Shown: positions 45,400 through 56,045, counted from the first letter of the stretch. The stretch: 64,000 bases of DNA from Candidatus Hydrogenedentota bacterium (GCA_045863335.1 BTVY01000006.1:32001-96000), one strand, 5' to 3'. Made by a program: numbers and translations. The notes: generated by a model not told the origin, from the sequence alone.

Positions 45400-48300
45400 C
45401 TACTCGATAGACAGCCACTGCACGGCGTCGCCCACGACGTATCCGTCCGTATCGTTCACGCCGACTTCGACCACGCCATCTCCGGAACCGCTGAACGCGA
45501 AAACGCCAAGGGATATAAACGGCGACAGGTCACCCTGGTTCTTGCGTTCATTGACGGCTATTGTCACCGGCCCATCCGCCGTGTATATGGTAACCGGCAC
45601 GTTGGTCGCCCGGTTGGGATTCGGCGAGTAAGAGAACCGCACTTCGTACTTCCCCGGCTTCGGCAGCTTCGGTACATAGCGCAACTTCGCATCCGGCTGA
45701 TCGACCTCGACCACCTCGTGGATGTAGTCGTACCCGACATAGGGACCCGCCGACGTGCTCCGCCGCCACTGCCCAATGATTTCGACATCGGGATTGTCGA
45801 TCACAATGCCATCCAATTCTGAGACCTTTACGTACGGCGCTTCGACATCCTCGGGGCCCAGGATCTGCTCTTGCTCCATCAGTTTGGCCTGCAACTCGTC
45901 GATAGGCACATCCTGCACGGGCACGCCGTCGCGAATCGCCAACGCCGCCGCCACGCCGCTGGCATGGCCCATGATCATGTACTGCGGCTCCATGCGGATC
46001 GACGAGTACGCCACGTGCGAGGCGGAGCAGCACACCGGCACGAGCAGGTTCGTCGCCTGGTCGCGCTTGGGCACGAGCGCGCGATACGAGATCTCGTAGG
46101 GTTGCACGGGCACCTGCATGTCGCCTTCGTTGATGGCCGAAGGTTCGTCGCCGTCAAAATCGCCCGGCCCGGCAACGATGCGTTGCACGTGATGCGAGTC
46201 GGAGTTGTAAGACCCCATGCCGATGGAGTCGCCCTTCTCCCGGTCGGTCTGAAGATCGTTCTGGTGCATCACGTATTCGCCCACCATACGCCGCGCTTCG
46301 CGGATGTACATCTGGTGCGGCCAGTGATCCGTATCCTGGAACTCGTCCGCGGAGGGACCCCACTGATTCACTTCCTGTTGCAGCGCCTCGGGCACGCTGG
46401 GATCGTTTGCGAGGAAGTACAGGAACCCCTGGATGTAGCGGAGCGTCTCGTCCCAGATCTCCGCCCGCCGCTCGTAGGTCCCTTCCGGATAGTCCCAACT
46501 CCCGCCGATGTAATCCGTGGAGAATGCGCCGTTATTGTTCACATCCGTCTTGGCTTCCGGCATCGGACTCGGATTCATCACTTTCCCCATGGGCAGTTCC
46601 GGGTTTGCCGCGAGGTACCGCTTCAGCAATTCGTACTTGGCCGGGTCGTACCCCTCCGGTTTCGGATAGGGCAATCGATTGCTTTCGCGATCCGTCAGAC
46701 ACAACCGGAAGTTGTAAGCCTGGACTTTGCGGTCGCCCTGACCTGGCGCGCCCGCCGGACCGCGATAGATGTACGGCAGCAAGTCGCCGTTCTCGTCGTA
46801 CGGATTGACCGGCCCCGGGAACTGGTGCTTCGGACTCCGCTCGATGCGGCCCGCGAGGGATTCGCCGTACACCTCCTGACTCTCGCGGCCCCAGGTGAAC
46901 AACACGCCCGCGCGATGCATCAGGTCGCCTTCGTAGGAACAGTCGGCAAACACTTTGGCCCGGTACACGGTACCGTCGTTCATCACCATGGCGCTTACGT
47001 CGGTGCCGCGCTTGTCCACGGAATCGATGCGCTTCCCGAACACGACCTCAACGCCTGCCTCTCCGAGCCACTCCCGGAACTCGGCCTCGGCAATGTGCGG
47101 TTCGAAGAACCAGGAGATGTCTTCGCCATAGTGCTCGCCGAGCCGTTCAAAGAAGTGCCGTGACATGCCGCCGATGACGGCTTGATTACCAAAGTCCGTC
47201 CGGCCCAGTCCTCCGGACACCATCCCCCCGATATGTGTGCCGGGCTCAACGAGCATAACACTCAAGCCTTCGTTCGCGGCGGCAATAGCCGTGATGGCGC
47301 CGCCCGCGGTGCCGCCGTATACGACCACGTCGTAGGCCTCACCCTCCGGCTCCGAACCGCTCACGCCTGCGCGCCAATTGCCGACGGCTTCCGATGTCCG
47401 CAGGTAGCGGTCGTAGATGCGCAAGGATTCGATTGCCACACCCGAGAGTTCGCCGAACCGAATCGACGTCGAGCCGTTGCAGTCCACCAACGCGGGATCG
47501 ACGCGATACCAGCCCTGCGGCTTCGCCTCGCCGCCATCGCACAACGTGCCATCCACCACAAAAGTTACGATGCGCGGACCCCCGTCGGCGGTGATTGCGA
47601 CATGATGCAAGCCGGAATCACTCAATACGCCGGGATCGCTCGTGTAGGTTTGGGTCGTCGTGCCATCCGATGCCGTGAACTGAACGCTACCGTCCGCCGC
47701 GAGTGCGACGGCAATACCCGCACCCGTGTCATTCGTCGTGGAGAAAAGCGTCTGATCTGTGGGTGCATTTTCGACATTCAACCAAAGCCCAACCGTGAAT
47801 CCTCCGCCCGGTTCCAGTTTCGGCAACTGAGCCATGGCAATCTCGCTGCCTGGTTTCGCATCCTCCCCCGTGGCGTGCAACACAAGACCGTCTTCCGCAA
47901 TCGTCTTGTTGCGGTGCTGGTTCCACATGCCTTCGAGCAGAGCCCGATCAAGCTTGTGCACGCGCGCCACGCTTTTCTGCGTCTCCGTCGCAAAGAACTC
48001 GCCGTCCAGTTCGATGAAGTCCGGGTAGCTCATCCGCACCGAGGGCGTGTCGTCGTACAACACGATCTCCGGTTGGGACCAGTGGATGTACCCGTCCTTC
48101 TCCACCCCGCCGCACATCCACACCGGATTCCGCCCTTCATAGGATTGCCCGCCGTGGTTGTGGAACCAGTAAAGGTACTTGCCGTTGCTGAACCGCCGCA
48201 CAAAATTCGCGGCCCGCGGATGTTTCATTTGCCTGCCGCCCGGCGTGTAGGTCATGTACTCCGGCCCGGTCCACGTCCACCCGCCGTCCCGGCTGTAGGC

Positions 48301-49113
48301 ATGGCACGGGTGTCCGTCGATGGTGCGGTACGTGCAATAGAGCGAGCCATCGCTCAAGGGTGTGAGGTTGTGCTCCTCCGCAATGGGCCCCTGCGGCGCG
48401 CGCAGCCCCACATCGCCTTCCGGCAGCGTTTCCCACCGGATCCTCTCGGGGTCCCATTCCGTGAGGATGTTGTCGCTCCGCAGGAAGATCCCTTCGGATC
48501 GTTCGATAAACCCCTCACCGAAGTTCCCCACCTTGGACACGCCGATGTACGCAGCGCCGTCGTGAATGATGGGTTTGCCCACGCCCCAGAAGAACTGTAC
48601 GTCGCCGCCATACACGTTCTCGCGATCGATATCGAAAGTGCGGATCGGAATGCGGTAGCGTTGCTCCGACCAGGAGTACCCGCCGTCATCGGAATATTTG
48701 AAGACATAGTGGCCCAGGGTATCGACGCGTTTTCTCTTGCTCCCATCGGACAGTATTACTTCGCGCTGGTTCTCCGCGTTGTAATCGTAAAACGCATAAA
48801 TCCGCCCGCCCACCTTCAACGGCATCACCCACGACGCCTCTGGCGGCCCCTCCGGCTCGATGTCGATTAGCGGTCCCCAGGTCTTGCCCTTGTCCGCGCT
48901 GATCGTCGCAACGACATGTTGCTTCTCGTTGCCTTCCTCCCCCGGCCCGGTCGTCAACGTGCAAACCCATTCGCCGAGATCGTTCATCACGGTATAGGGC
49001 TGGTCGCAGTAACCCTGACTGGGGATTTCGTTTCCGTGAATGATATTGCGTGCGTCCATCGCCGCACCGTTCGCGGCCAACAGAATCGCAATGAGAAAGG
49101 CTGAAGACGTCAT
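45400..49113 (-). CDS. Multidomain secreted protein: BNR/sialidase-like propeller, LamG-like domain, FAD-dependent oxidoreductase, golvesin/CBM-like C-terminus
   Basis: Asp-boxes SADKGKTW, SDDGGYSW and SRDGGWTW; LamG-like 'FTVGLW...HHVAIT'; 'YDVVVYGGTAGG...AA', 'DCSYEGDL', 'YIREARR', 'SASHVAYSSIRMEP'; C-terminal 'GKYEV...NRATNVPVTI...VVGDAV'. Confidence 0.82.
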   Translation of the reverse strand: MTSSAFLIAILLAANGAAMDARNIIHGNEIPSQGYCDQPYTVMNDLGEWVCTLTTGPGEEGNEKQHVVATISADKGKTWGPLIDIEPEGPPEASWVMPLKVGGRIYAFYDYNAENQREVILSDGSKRKRVDTLGHYVFKYSDDGGYSWSEQRYRIPIRTFDIDRENVYGGDVQFFWGVGKPIIHDGAAYIGVSKVGNFGEGFIERSEGIFLRSDNILTEWDPERIRWETLPEGDVGLRAPQGPIAEEHNLTPLSDGSLYCTYRTIDGHPCHAYSRDGGWTWTGPEYMTYTPGGRQMKHPRAANFVRRFSNGKYLYWFHNHGGQSYEGRNPVWMCGGVEKDGYIHWSQPEIVLYDDTPSVRMSYPDFIELDGEFFATETQKSVARVHKLDRALLEGMWNQHRNKTIAEDGLVLHATGEDAKPGSEIAMAQLPKLEPGGGFTVGLWLNVENAPTDQTLFSTTNDTGAGIAVALAADGSVQFTASDGTTTQTYTSDPGVLSDSGLHHVAITADGGPRIVTFVVDGTLCDGGEAKPQGWYRVDPALVDCNGSTSIRFGELSGVAIESLRIYDRYLRTSEAVGNWRAGVSGSEPEGEAYDVVVYGGTAGGAITAIAAANEGLSVMLVEPGTHIGGMVSGGLGRTDFGNQAVIGGMSRHFFERLGEHYGEDISWFFEPHIAEAEFREWLGEAGVEVVFGKRIDSVDKRGTDVSAMVMNDGTVYRAKVFADCSYEGDLMHRAGVLFTWGRESQEVYGESLAGRIERSPKHQFPGPVNPYDENGDLLPYIYRGPAGAPGQGDRKVQAYNFRLCLTDRESNRLPYPKPEGYDPAKYELLKRYLAANPELPMGKVMNPSPMPEAKTDVNNNGAFSTDYIGGSWDYPEGTYERRAEIWDETLRYIQGFLYFLANDPSVPEALQQEVNQWGPSADEFQDTDHWPHQMYIREARRMVGEYVMHQNDLQTDREKGDSIGMGSYNSDSHHVQRIVAGPGDFDGDEPSAINEGDMQVPVQPYEISYRALVPKRDQATNLLVPVCCSASHVAYSSIRMEPQYMIMGHASGVAAALAIRDGVPVQDVPIDELQAKLMEQEQILGPEDVEAPYVKVSELDGIVIDNPDVEIIGQWRRSTSAGPYVGYDYIHEVVEVDQPDAKLRYVPKLPKPGKYEVRFSYSPNPNRATNVPVTIYTADGPVTIAVNERKNQGDLSPFISLGVFAFSGSGDGVVEVGVNDTDGYVVGDAVQWLSIE

Positions 49114-49289
49114 GATGCCGTTGCTCCTCAATTTTTTCATGCCCGTATCTGAAGGATACCAATCCCACACCCGAGCGCGCGACCTCTGTAGAAATGCATG
49201 GCGTCGGAGGAATCAGTAGTCTGCGCGGTGACAGGGGAAGCGGGACTTCGAAACCCGTGCTATGATGAGCGGCAACTGGAGGACGACCC

Positions 49290-50660
49290 ATGCGCACGAT
49301 GAACCGGAGGTCCTTTCTTCAAATGGCCACCAGCAGCGCAGCGTTGGCCGCGGCGGGTTGCTTTGGTGGGTCGACCCCTGCACCGCGCGCTGCGAAACGG
49401 CCCAACATCATTCTTGCCATGACGGACGATCAGGGTTGGGGCGACACCGGCTACAACGGCCATCCCGTGGTCGAGACGCCGGCGCTGGACGCCATGGCGG
49501 AAACGGGCCTGCGCTTCGAGCGCTTCTACAGCGGCGCGCCGGTATGTTCTCCCACGCGGGGAAGCTGTCTTACCGGACGGCATCCCTACCGCTACGGCAT
49601 CTTCGGGGCGAACAGCGGCGACGGCGAAGACCCATCGCGCTATCCCTTGCCGCCGCAGGAAATCACGCTCGCGGAGATTCTCGCCGCGGAAGGATACGCC
49701 ACGGGTCATTTCGGGAAATGGCATCTCGGCGATTTCAGCGGTCCCATGCGGTCGTCGCCCGCAGACAACGGATTCCAGGAGTCCTTCTCGACCGTGCGCA
49801 AAGTCGCAACGCTTGATCCCGCGGGCTATTTCCTCAACGGCGAACCCTATACGGACCCGCTGGAAGGCGACGACTCCGCCATCATCATGGATCGCGCGCT
49901 TCCCTTCATTCGCAACGCCGCTGCGAATGACCAGCCGTTCTTCACGGTCATCTGGTTTCATTCGCCCCACAATCCCGTCATCGCCGCGCCGGAATACCGT
50001 TCACGTTATGCGGCCCACCCGGAAGCGCAACAGCATTTCTGGGGCACCATCACCGCTGCGGATGCGCAACTCGGGCGTTTGCGGGACGCGTTACGATCCC
50101 TCAACGTCGAGAATGACACCATGCTCTGGTTTTGCAGCGACAACGGGCCCGCCGCGAATGCCCCCTTCGCCGCCGGCACGACCAAGGGCCTGCGCGGCCA
50201 CAAGGGCAATCTCTACGAAGGCGGTGTGCGCGTTCCGGGACTGCTTGAATGGCCGTCGCGCGTGGCGCAACCGCGCACGATCGGAATGCCCTGCTCGACG
50301 TCGGATTACCTTCCGACAATACTCGACGCGCTGAATATCGCGCATCCCAACGCGCGTCCGCTGGACGGCGTCAGTCTGCTCGACACGATTGATGGCGCGA
50401 ATCGCGATCGCGCTCATCCCATCGGCTTTGAGCATGGCGACACCGCGACCTGGGTCGACGATCGCTACAAACTCGTCGCGCGGATTGAGACCGACCAGCC
50501 GTCGTCGCTGGAGCTGTACGATCTCTTAATCGACCCGAACGAAACGGCGAATCTCGCAACGTCGGAAGCGGGACTGGTCGCCGGCAACCTCGAACAGCTA
50601 CAGGCGTGGCGGGCCTCTTGCGCGCGCAGCCGATCCGGCAGCGATTACCCGGTAACATAG
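49290..50660 (+). CDS. Tat-exported formylglycine-dependent sulfatase
   Basis: 'NRRSFL' Tat motif; 'PNIILAMTDDQG'; CSPTR signature; 'GKWHLG'; 'SDNG'; 'KGNLYEGGVRVP'. Confidence 0.95.
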   Translation: MRTMNRRSFLQMATSSAALAAAGCFGGSTPAPRAAKRPNIILAMTDDQGWGDTGYNGHPVVETPALDAMAETGLRFERFYSGAPVCSPTRGSCLTGRHPYRYGIFGANSGDGEDPSRYPLPPQEITLAEILAAEGYATGHFGKWHLGDFSGPMRSSPADNGFQESFSTVRKVATLDPAGYFLNGEPYTDPLEGDDSAIIMDRALPFIRNAAANDQPFFTVIWFHSPHNPVIAAPEYRSRYAAHPEAQQHFWGTITAADAQLGRLRDALRSLNVENDTMLWFCSDNGPAANAPFAAGTTKGLRGHKGNLYEGGVRVPGLLEWPSRVAQPRTIGMPCSTSDYLPTILDALNIAHPNARPLDGVSLLDTIDGANRDRAHPIGFEHGDTATWVDDRYKLVARIETDQPSSLELYDLLIDPNETANLATSEAGLVAGNLEQLQAWRASCARSRSGSDYPVT

Positions 50661-50994
50661 GCCCGGATCGGGCGGAATATTGCAAGATCGTGGCGTTGTT
50701 GCCCTTGTGGAGTCGCCCGAATTAGAGTTTTTCGAGTTTTGTTTGTGGACGCGCAACACGGAAAAGGAGTACAATTAAAAAGAGCGTGCGCGTTGACGCG
50801 TGTGTCGCATATTGCATCAAGCCGGGCGCTTGGTGCCTAGTTTTTGATTCGACAGCGATTTCTGGACGATGATTGCGACCGTGCGGCGGCATGCCCCGCC
50901 GGTCCGAGCGCGTGTGATCTGCCAATTTGATGACGAGGAGTACCCGCGCGTCGCGTCCAGGCGATGTAACTGCGGCAACGGAAAGGAACCAGGA

Positions 50995-52470
50995 ATGGAC
51001 AAGGATCTTTCGCGGCGGAATTTCATGAAAGCAACGGGCGCTACGGCGGGCATTGCCATCGCGGCGGGATGGTCCCCTCTTTCCTACGCGCAGAATGAAC
51101 GCGTACGGGTCGCCATGATCGGCACCGGAAGCCAGAACTGCATTCATCTCGAAGACGGCCTGGCGGGCGCGCAGGAGATCGACGTGGTCGCCATCGCCGA
51201 CTGCCTGAAGCCGAACCTCGCCAAGGGGTGGCACACGGCCGGCGGCAGCGAGGAGTTGAAGAAACACCTCTACCTCGACTACCGCGAGATGCTGGACAAG
51301 GAAAAGGACAACATCGACGCGGTCATCATCGCCACGCCGTTCAAGACCCACTACCCCATCGTTATGGACTGTCTCGACGCAGGCAAGTATGTTTTCTGCG
51401 AAAAGACCATGGCCCACACGTATGAGTTCGCGCGCAACATCGTGCAGAAGTGCCACGAGACCGGCCTCTTCGTCCAAAACGGCCACCAGCGCCGTTACAA
51501 CCTCGAGTACAACCACGCCGCCACCGACATGATCGAGAACGGCCGTCTGGGCCGCGTGGGCTTCATCGAAGCCCAGTGGCATCGAAACGGCGACTGGCGC
51601 CGTCCCCTGCCGCGTCTCAAGAACGGAGACGTTTATCAGCTCAGCGACGCCGAAAAGCAGTTCATCCAGGATTACGAGAAGCACGTCAATTGGCGGATCT
51701 ACGAAGAGTTTTCCGCGGGCCTCATGAGCGAGCTGGCCACGCATCACATGGAAGTCACGAACTTCCTGCTGGGCACGATGCCAAAGCGCGTCTGGGGCAC
51801 CGGCGGCATCGATTACTGGCGCGACGGCCGAACGACCTTCGACAATCTCGCCGTCACGTATGAATACGAAATGCGGCAGTCCACCTGCCATGGGTTCGGC
51901 CAGATCGACGCCCGCAACGATGAGCAGCGCGAGCGCATGCGCGAACAGAATCGTCCTTACACCTGCCGCGTCACGTGGTCGGGGTCGCTGCAGAGCGCCC
52001 ACAAGGGCGGCAGCATGCTGGTCATGGGGCACAAAGGGGCGTTCAAACTGCGCGAACGTTCCTCGGCGGATCAGGAAGGCTGCGTTTTCTATGGCGAGCC
52101 GCAACTCATCTGGCTGGATCCCGCGACGGGGCAACCGACCGAGGACAAGACCATCATCGAGGGCATCCGCGCCCGCGGCGAATCGCAGAAGTACACGCAG
52201 ATCGTCGACCAGGAGCCCATTCCGTTCGAGAACGAACTGGATGGCAGCATCTTCGACAAGACGCCGGACGTACGCCAGTTCGAGGCCTTCGCCAAACACA
52301 TCAAGGAAGGCGGCAAGCCGCGCACGAATGAGATGGTCGGTCTCATGGCCTCCATCTGCGACATCGCCGGACACGAAGCGGTCGCGACGGGCGAAGTCGT
52401 CGAGATAGACCCAGCCTTGTACGCCTTCGACTTCGAGACCCCGAACCCCTTCGAGTACGAGCAGGTATAA
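50995..52470 (+). CDS. Tat-exported Gfo/Idh/MocA oxidoreductase
   Basis: 'SRRNFMK' Tat motif; 'VAMIGTG'; 'DAVIIATP..TH'; 'VFCEK'; 'NWR.Y...SAGLMSELATH'. Confidence 0.92.
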   Translation: MDKDLSRRNFMKATGATAGIAIAAGWSPLSYAQNERVRVAMIGTGSQNCIHLEDGLAGAQEIDVVAIADCLKPNLAKGWHTAGGSEELKKHLYLDYREMLDKEKDNIDAVIIATPFKTHYPIVMDCLDAGKYVFCEKTMAHTYEFARNIVQKCHETGLFVQNGHQRRYNLEYNHAATDMIENGRLGRVGFIEAQWHRNGDWRRPLPRLKNGDVYQLSDAEKQFIQDYEKHVNWRIYEEFSAGLMSELATHHMEVTNFLLGTMPKRVWGTGGIDYWRDGRTTFDNLAVTYEYEMRQSTCHGFGQIDARNDEQRERMREQNRPYTCRVTWSGSLQSAHKGGSMLVMGHKGAFKLRERSSADQEGCVFYGEPQLIWLDPATGQPTEDKTIIEGIRARGESQKYTQIVDQEPIPFENELDGSIFDKTPDVRQFEAFAKHIKEGGKPRTNEMVGLMASICDIAGHEAVATGEVVEIDPALYAFDFETPNPFEYEQV

Positions 52471-52482
52471 GCAACATAACCG

Positions 52483-52523
52483 AGAAGCCCCGGCGCGGCA
52501 TGAACTGCGCCGGGGCTTCTTTT
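52483..52523 (+). terminator. Rho-independent terminator
   Basis: agaagccccggcgc...gcgccggggcttct followed by a T tract, directly after the stop at 52470. Confidence 0.85.
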
Positions 52524-52580
52524 CCTTGTGCCGGCCCGTTCGGTGGATCGGCGTTTACAGTAATGGCGAATCACACCTTG

Positions 52581-52696
52581 GAGGTGCCACGAACTTCCCA
52601 CTCGTGATTCGAGGTGCCTCGGGCTTCCAGCCCGAGACTTGAGGTGTCATGGGCTTCCAGCCCATGACCCACACGGGCGGCACGCCCGTGGACTCT
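52581..52696. repeat. Three tandem 30-bp hairpin units plus one inverted copy (REP-like)
   Basis: GAGGTGYC starts at 52581, 52611 and 52641, each followed by a stem-CTTCC-stem; inverted cacgggcggcacgcccgtggactc near 52672. Confidence 0.75.
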
Positions 52697-52771
52697 TGAT
52701 CGCATTCAGCCTCGCGACGCGCTTTAACCGAAAAGCTCGGTCCAGCCTCATCCCGCACCGTTCCTGTCCCG

Positions 52772-53527
52772 TCATTCCGAAAACGGCGCTTGCCGGATTA
52801 GCCTCCCGAATCCCAGACGCCGGTGCAGGTAACAGATCCTCCCTCCGGGCCGTTCCTCCATCTCCGCACGCAGGCGTTCGCCAAAAGCCTTCTTGAAATC
52901 TTCCCGCGGGTATTGCTGCACGACCGCCCCGCGCGTCGCTTCGCCAATCGTCTCCGCATCCATCCCCACCACGTCCATCGCCGCGCCGGCGTGCAGCAGG
53001 TGCGCTTCCGCGCCGCACCGAAGAGGTACGACGATGTTCAGGTGCATCACGATGGCTTCGGCCAACGTATCCTGACGTTCCCGCGACCATGCCACCTGCC
53101 GCGCGAGCGCCCCGGCGCCCTGCACGCTGTCCAGGGAGAAACACTCCGCGTGCTCGGCACACCCCGCGTACGCCTTCGTCAAACCGAGGTCGTGCAACAA
53201 TGCGGCCACAAATAGGAGTTCGTTGTCGAACGATATGGACCGTACCTTCGCAAAAACATGTCCCCAGAGATACGTTCGATAACAGTGATTCAGCAAATAC
53301 GGCGGCGAGACTTCCTGGCACAGCAGTGCAGCTTGCCTCGCGGCCTGCGTATCGGGCGCCGTCACCGCTTCGAGATCGATGTCGATAGGAATGTCTGCCG
53401 CTCGAAAACGCCGCAACAAACGACGCGCCTGCACGCGCAATCCTTGGCCCATCAACGCGAACCGATCGGCGGCTGTTAACCGGCCCATCGTGCGCAAGGC
53501 CCATACTTGTGATCCCACACCCTTCAC
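52772..53527 (-). CDS. HD-domain metal-dependent hydrolase
   Basis: 'NHCYRTY', 'AALLHDLGL', 'EAIVMH', 'GAAMDVVG', 'YPREDFK'. GTG 53527 has a GGAG SD; the track's longer extension overlaps the MFS gene. Confidence 0.82.
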   Translation of the reverse strand: MKGVGSQVWALRTMGRLTAADRFALMGQGLRVQARRLLRRFRAADIPIDIDLEAVTAPDTQAARQAALLCQEVSPPYLLNHCYRTYLWGHVFAKVRSISFDNELLFVAALLHDLGLTKAYAGCAEHAECFSLDSVQGAGALARQVAWSRERQDTLAEAIVMHLNIVVPLRCGAEAHLLHAGAAMDVVGMDAETIGEATRGAVVQQYPREDFKKAFGERLRAEMEERPGGRICYLHRRLGFGRLIRQAPFSE

Positions 53528-53556
53528 GAAACGATCTCCCACGACCCGGCCAATCG

Positions 53557-54786
53557 CTAACCGGCCTTCGCACCGTGTGCGTTCCGCAGTGACCGCGCGG
53601 AAACGCCGAGCACCACCATCCCCGCGATGCCCGCGATTGTGCACGATCCCATGAACAGCCGTAGTCGCTCCGGATCCGCCTCCGCCGCGCCCCCGGTGCC
53701 CACCGACATTACAAGCAGTACTGCCGCGAAGGAAAGCCGCCCCGCCAGGCTTTGCATGGACAAGTAAGTCGCCCGCTGCGCCTGCGGCACGCGGGGCGCA
53801 ATCGCGGCATTGAGAGGGGCGGTCATCAATGCGCGCGGACAGCTCCGCAAGAGAATGAGCAGCACGATGGCTGGATGGATCACGAGCGCCATCGCCGCCA
53901 TGATGACCAGTTGCAGCGCAGTACTCGATAACAATGCAGCCGCGAGACCCCACCGGTCCCGGAGTTTCACGCTGCCTGACGCCGCCCATGAGGCGGCCAT
54001 CATCGATAGGGCCGTGACGACTCCGGAAACGAGGGGTGTACTCGAAATCGTGACTTCCCACTTGCGCAGCAGGAGATCAAGATAGGGCTGGTAGAAGATG
54101 TACGGCATGTGGTTCAGCACGGTCATGAGAACGTAAAAAGCGAATAGCCACAGCAGCGCCGGTTCACGCAGATACGACGCGCAGGCGCGCAATTGCCGCG
54201 TAATGCCTTCGCCCAGCGAAGCCCGCTTCTCCAGCACGGTCGGCTCCACGAAGCTCAGCACGATGCCGATACCTGTCAACGCAGCGAGAAAGGCGAGTGC
54301 ATAGGCATACCGGAGTTCGACCATCGCAATCGCGCCACCACACACCGCCGCGAACGCGCCGCCCAGGAAGGCCCGGTTCACGGCGCGTGCTTCCCAGTCC
54401 GCAAATTCCTCCTCGCAATCGAGTCCGACCAGCGTGTCGTACAGGAAGGAGGTATCCGTTCCGGAATTGAAAGCCAGTCCTATCGCGAGACAGACTTGGG
54501 CGAGCGCAAAGACGATGAATTGATCCCCGAAAAAGAACAACCCGTGCGCGGCCGCAATGGCGATGGTCGCGATGAGCAAGGTGGGACGTCGCCCCATGCT
54601 GTCTGATACGTAGCCAGACGGCACTTCGAGTATAACGACGGCGATGTAGTATATAGCCTCCAGCCGCAACACGTCCGCCAGCGAAAACCGCGAGGAAAAG
54701 TAGAGAAAAAACACCGGCAACCAGAAGTGTGCGCTGAACACCGCCCGAAACCAGGGGTACATGCGCGCATTGCGTTCCAGTGACAT
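53557..54786 (-). CDS. MFS transporter
   Basis: About 12 hydrophobic helices; 'LEVPSGYVSDSMGRR' (motif A); 'SGTDTSFLYDTL'; 'RATYLS'. Confidence 0.92.
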   Translation of the reverse strand: MSLERNARMYPWFRAVFSAHFWLPVFFLYFSSRFSLADVLRLEAIYYIAVVILEVPSGYVSDSMGRRPTLLIATIAIAAAHGLFFFGDQFIVFALAQVCLAIGLAFNSGTDTSFLYDTLVGLDCEEEFADWEARAVNRAFLGGAFAAVCGGAIAMVELRYAYALAFLAALTGIGIVLSFVEPTVLEKRASLGEGITRQLRACASYLREPALLWLFAFYVLMTVLNHMPYIFYQPYLDLLLRKWEVTISSTPLVSGVVTALSMMAASWAASGSVKLRDRWGLAAALLSSTALQLVIMAAMALVIHPAIVLLILLRSCPRALMTAPLNAAIAPRVPQAQRATYLSMQSLAGRLSFAAVLLVMSVGTGGAAEADPERLRLFMGSCTIAGIAGMVVLGVSARSLRNAHGAKAG

Positions 54787-54874
54787 GCATCTCCTTCCCG
54801 TGACTCGATCCGCCGCCGCATGATAGCATGGGTGTTTCGGTAAGGTCTTGGTGTCCTGAGGAGGGATTTTTCAA

Positions 54875-56029
54875 ATGCGCGAAGCCTATATCGTCGAAGC
54901 CGTTCGCACCCCCGTCGGCCGTGGCCGGGAAGACGGCGCGCTCCATGGTGTCCATCCCGTCGATCTGCTGGCCACGACGCTCAGCGAGTGTGTGAAGCGC
55001 GCTGGCATTGAGAAACGTGATGTGGAAGACATCATTGCGGGCTGCGTCTCGCCCATGGACAAACAGGGGGCCAACATCCCGCGGCTGGCCTTGCTCAAGG
55101 CGGGCTTTCCAGTGGAAGTACCGGGCGTGCAGATCAACCGCATGTGTGGTTCGAGCCAACAGGCCGTTCATTTCGCAAGCCAGGCCGTCGCGGCCGGCGA
55201 CATGGATCTCGTCATCGGTGCCGGCATTGAGATGATGGGCGTCGTGCCCATGGGCAGCGATTGGGGCGTGTTGGAAAAGGAGTTTTTGTCGAGCTTTCCC
55301 TATCCGCTCGAATCGATGGGCATCTGCGCGGAGAAGATCGCGGCGAAATGGAATCTCTCCCGGCGCGAACTCGACGAGTTCTCGGCGGAAAGCCACAACC
55401 GCGCCGCGAACGCGATTGAGAAAGGCTACTTCAAATCGCAGATCGTGCCCATCGAAGTGCGCACGAACGGCACGACACGCGTGGTCGATACGGACGAGGG
55501 GGTGCGTCCCAACCCGAGTATCGAGAAGATGATGTCGTTGAAAACGGTGTTCAAAGAAGACGGCGTCATCACCGCGGCGAACGCAAGCCAAATCTCCGAC
55601 GGCTCGGGCGCGATCCTGATCGCGTCGGGCGAAAAGGCGGACGCCATGGGCTTGAAGAAGCGTGCGCGGGTGGTGGCTCGGGTTGTCGTTGGCAGCGATC
55701 CCGAACTGACGTTGACGGGTCCGATTCCCGCGACGCAAAAGGTTCTCGCACGGGCCGGACTCACCATCGGCGACATGGATGCGATTGAGATCAACGAGGC
55801 CTTTGCGAGCGTCGTGCTCGCGTGGGCGCGCGAGTTGAAGCCGGACATGGCCAAGGTAAACCCCAATGGCGGCGCCATCGCGCTCGGACATCCCCTCGGC
55901 GCGACCGGGTCCATCCTCATGACCAAGCTGCTCCACGAACTCGAGCGTACCGGCGGCCGCTACGGATTGCAGACCATGTGCATCGGCCACGGCATGGCGA
56001 CCGCGACGATCATCGAACGGGCTGGGTAA
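54875..56029 (+). CDS. Thiolase (acetyl-CoA C-acyltransferase)
   Basis: 'RTPVG', 'INRMCGSS', 'NASQISDG', 'EINEAFA', 'GGAIALGHPLGATG', 'MCIGHG'. Confidence 0.96.
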   Translation: MREAYIVEAVRTPVGRGREDGALHGVHPVDLLATTLSECVKRAGIEKRDVEDIIAGCVSPMDKQGANIPRLALLKAGFPVEVPGVQINRMCGSSQQAVHFASQAVAAGDMDLVIGAGIEMMGVVPMGSDWGVLEKEFLSSFPYPLESMGICAEKIAAKWNLSRRELDEFSAESHNRAANAIEKGYFKSQIVPIEVRTNGTTRVVDTDEGVRPNPSIEKMMSLKTVFKEDGVITAANASQISDGSGAILIASGEKADAMGLKKRARVVARVVVGSDPELTLTGPIPATQKVLARAGLTIGDMDAIEINEAFASVVLAWARELKPDMAKVNPNGGAIALGHPLGATGSILMTKLLHELERTGGRYGLQTMCIGHGMATATIIERAG

Positions 56030-56045
56030 TGTATATGCTCACCCG

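Noticed and set aside
52581-52670. Possible CRISPR mini-array (30-bp periodicity)
   Set aside because: The units abut with no unique spacers, the repeats differ from each other, and no cas genes are present.
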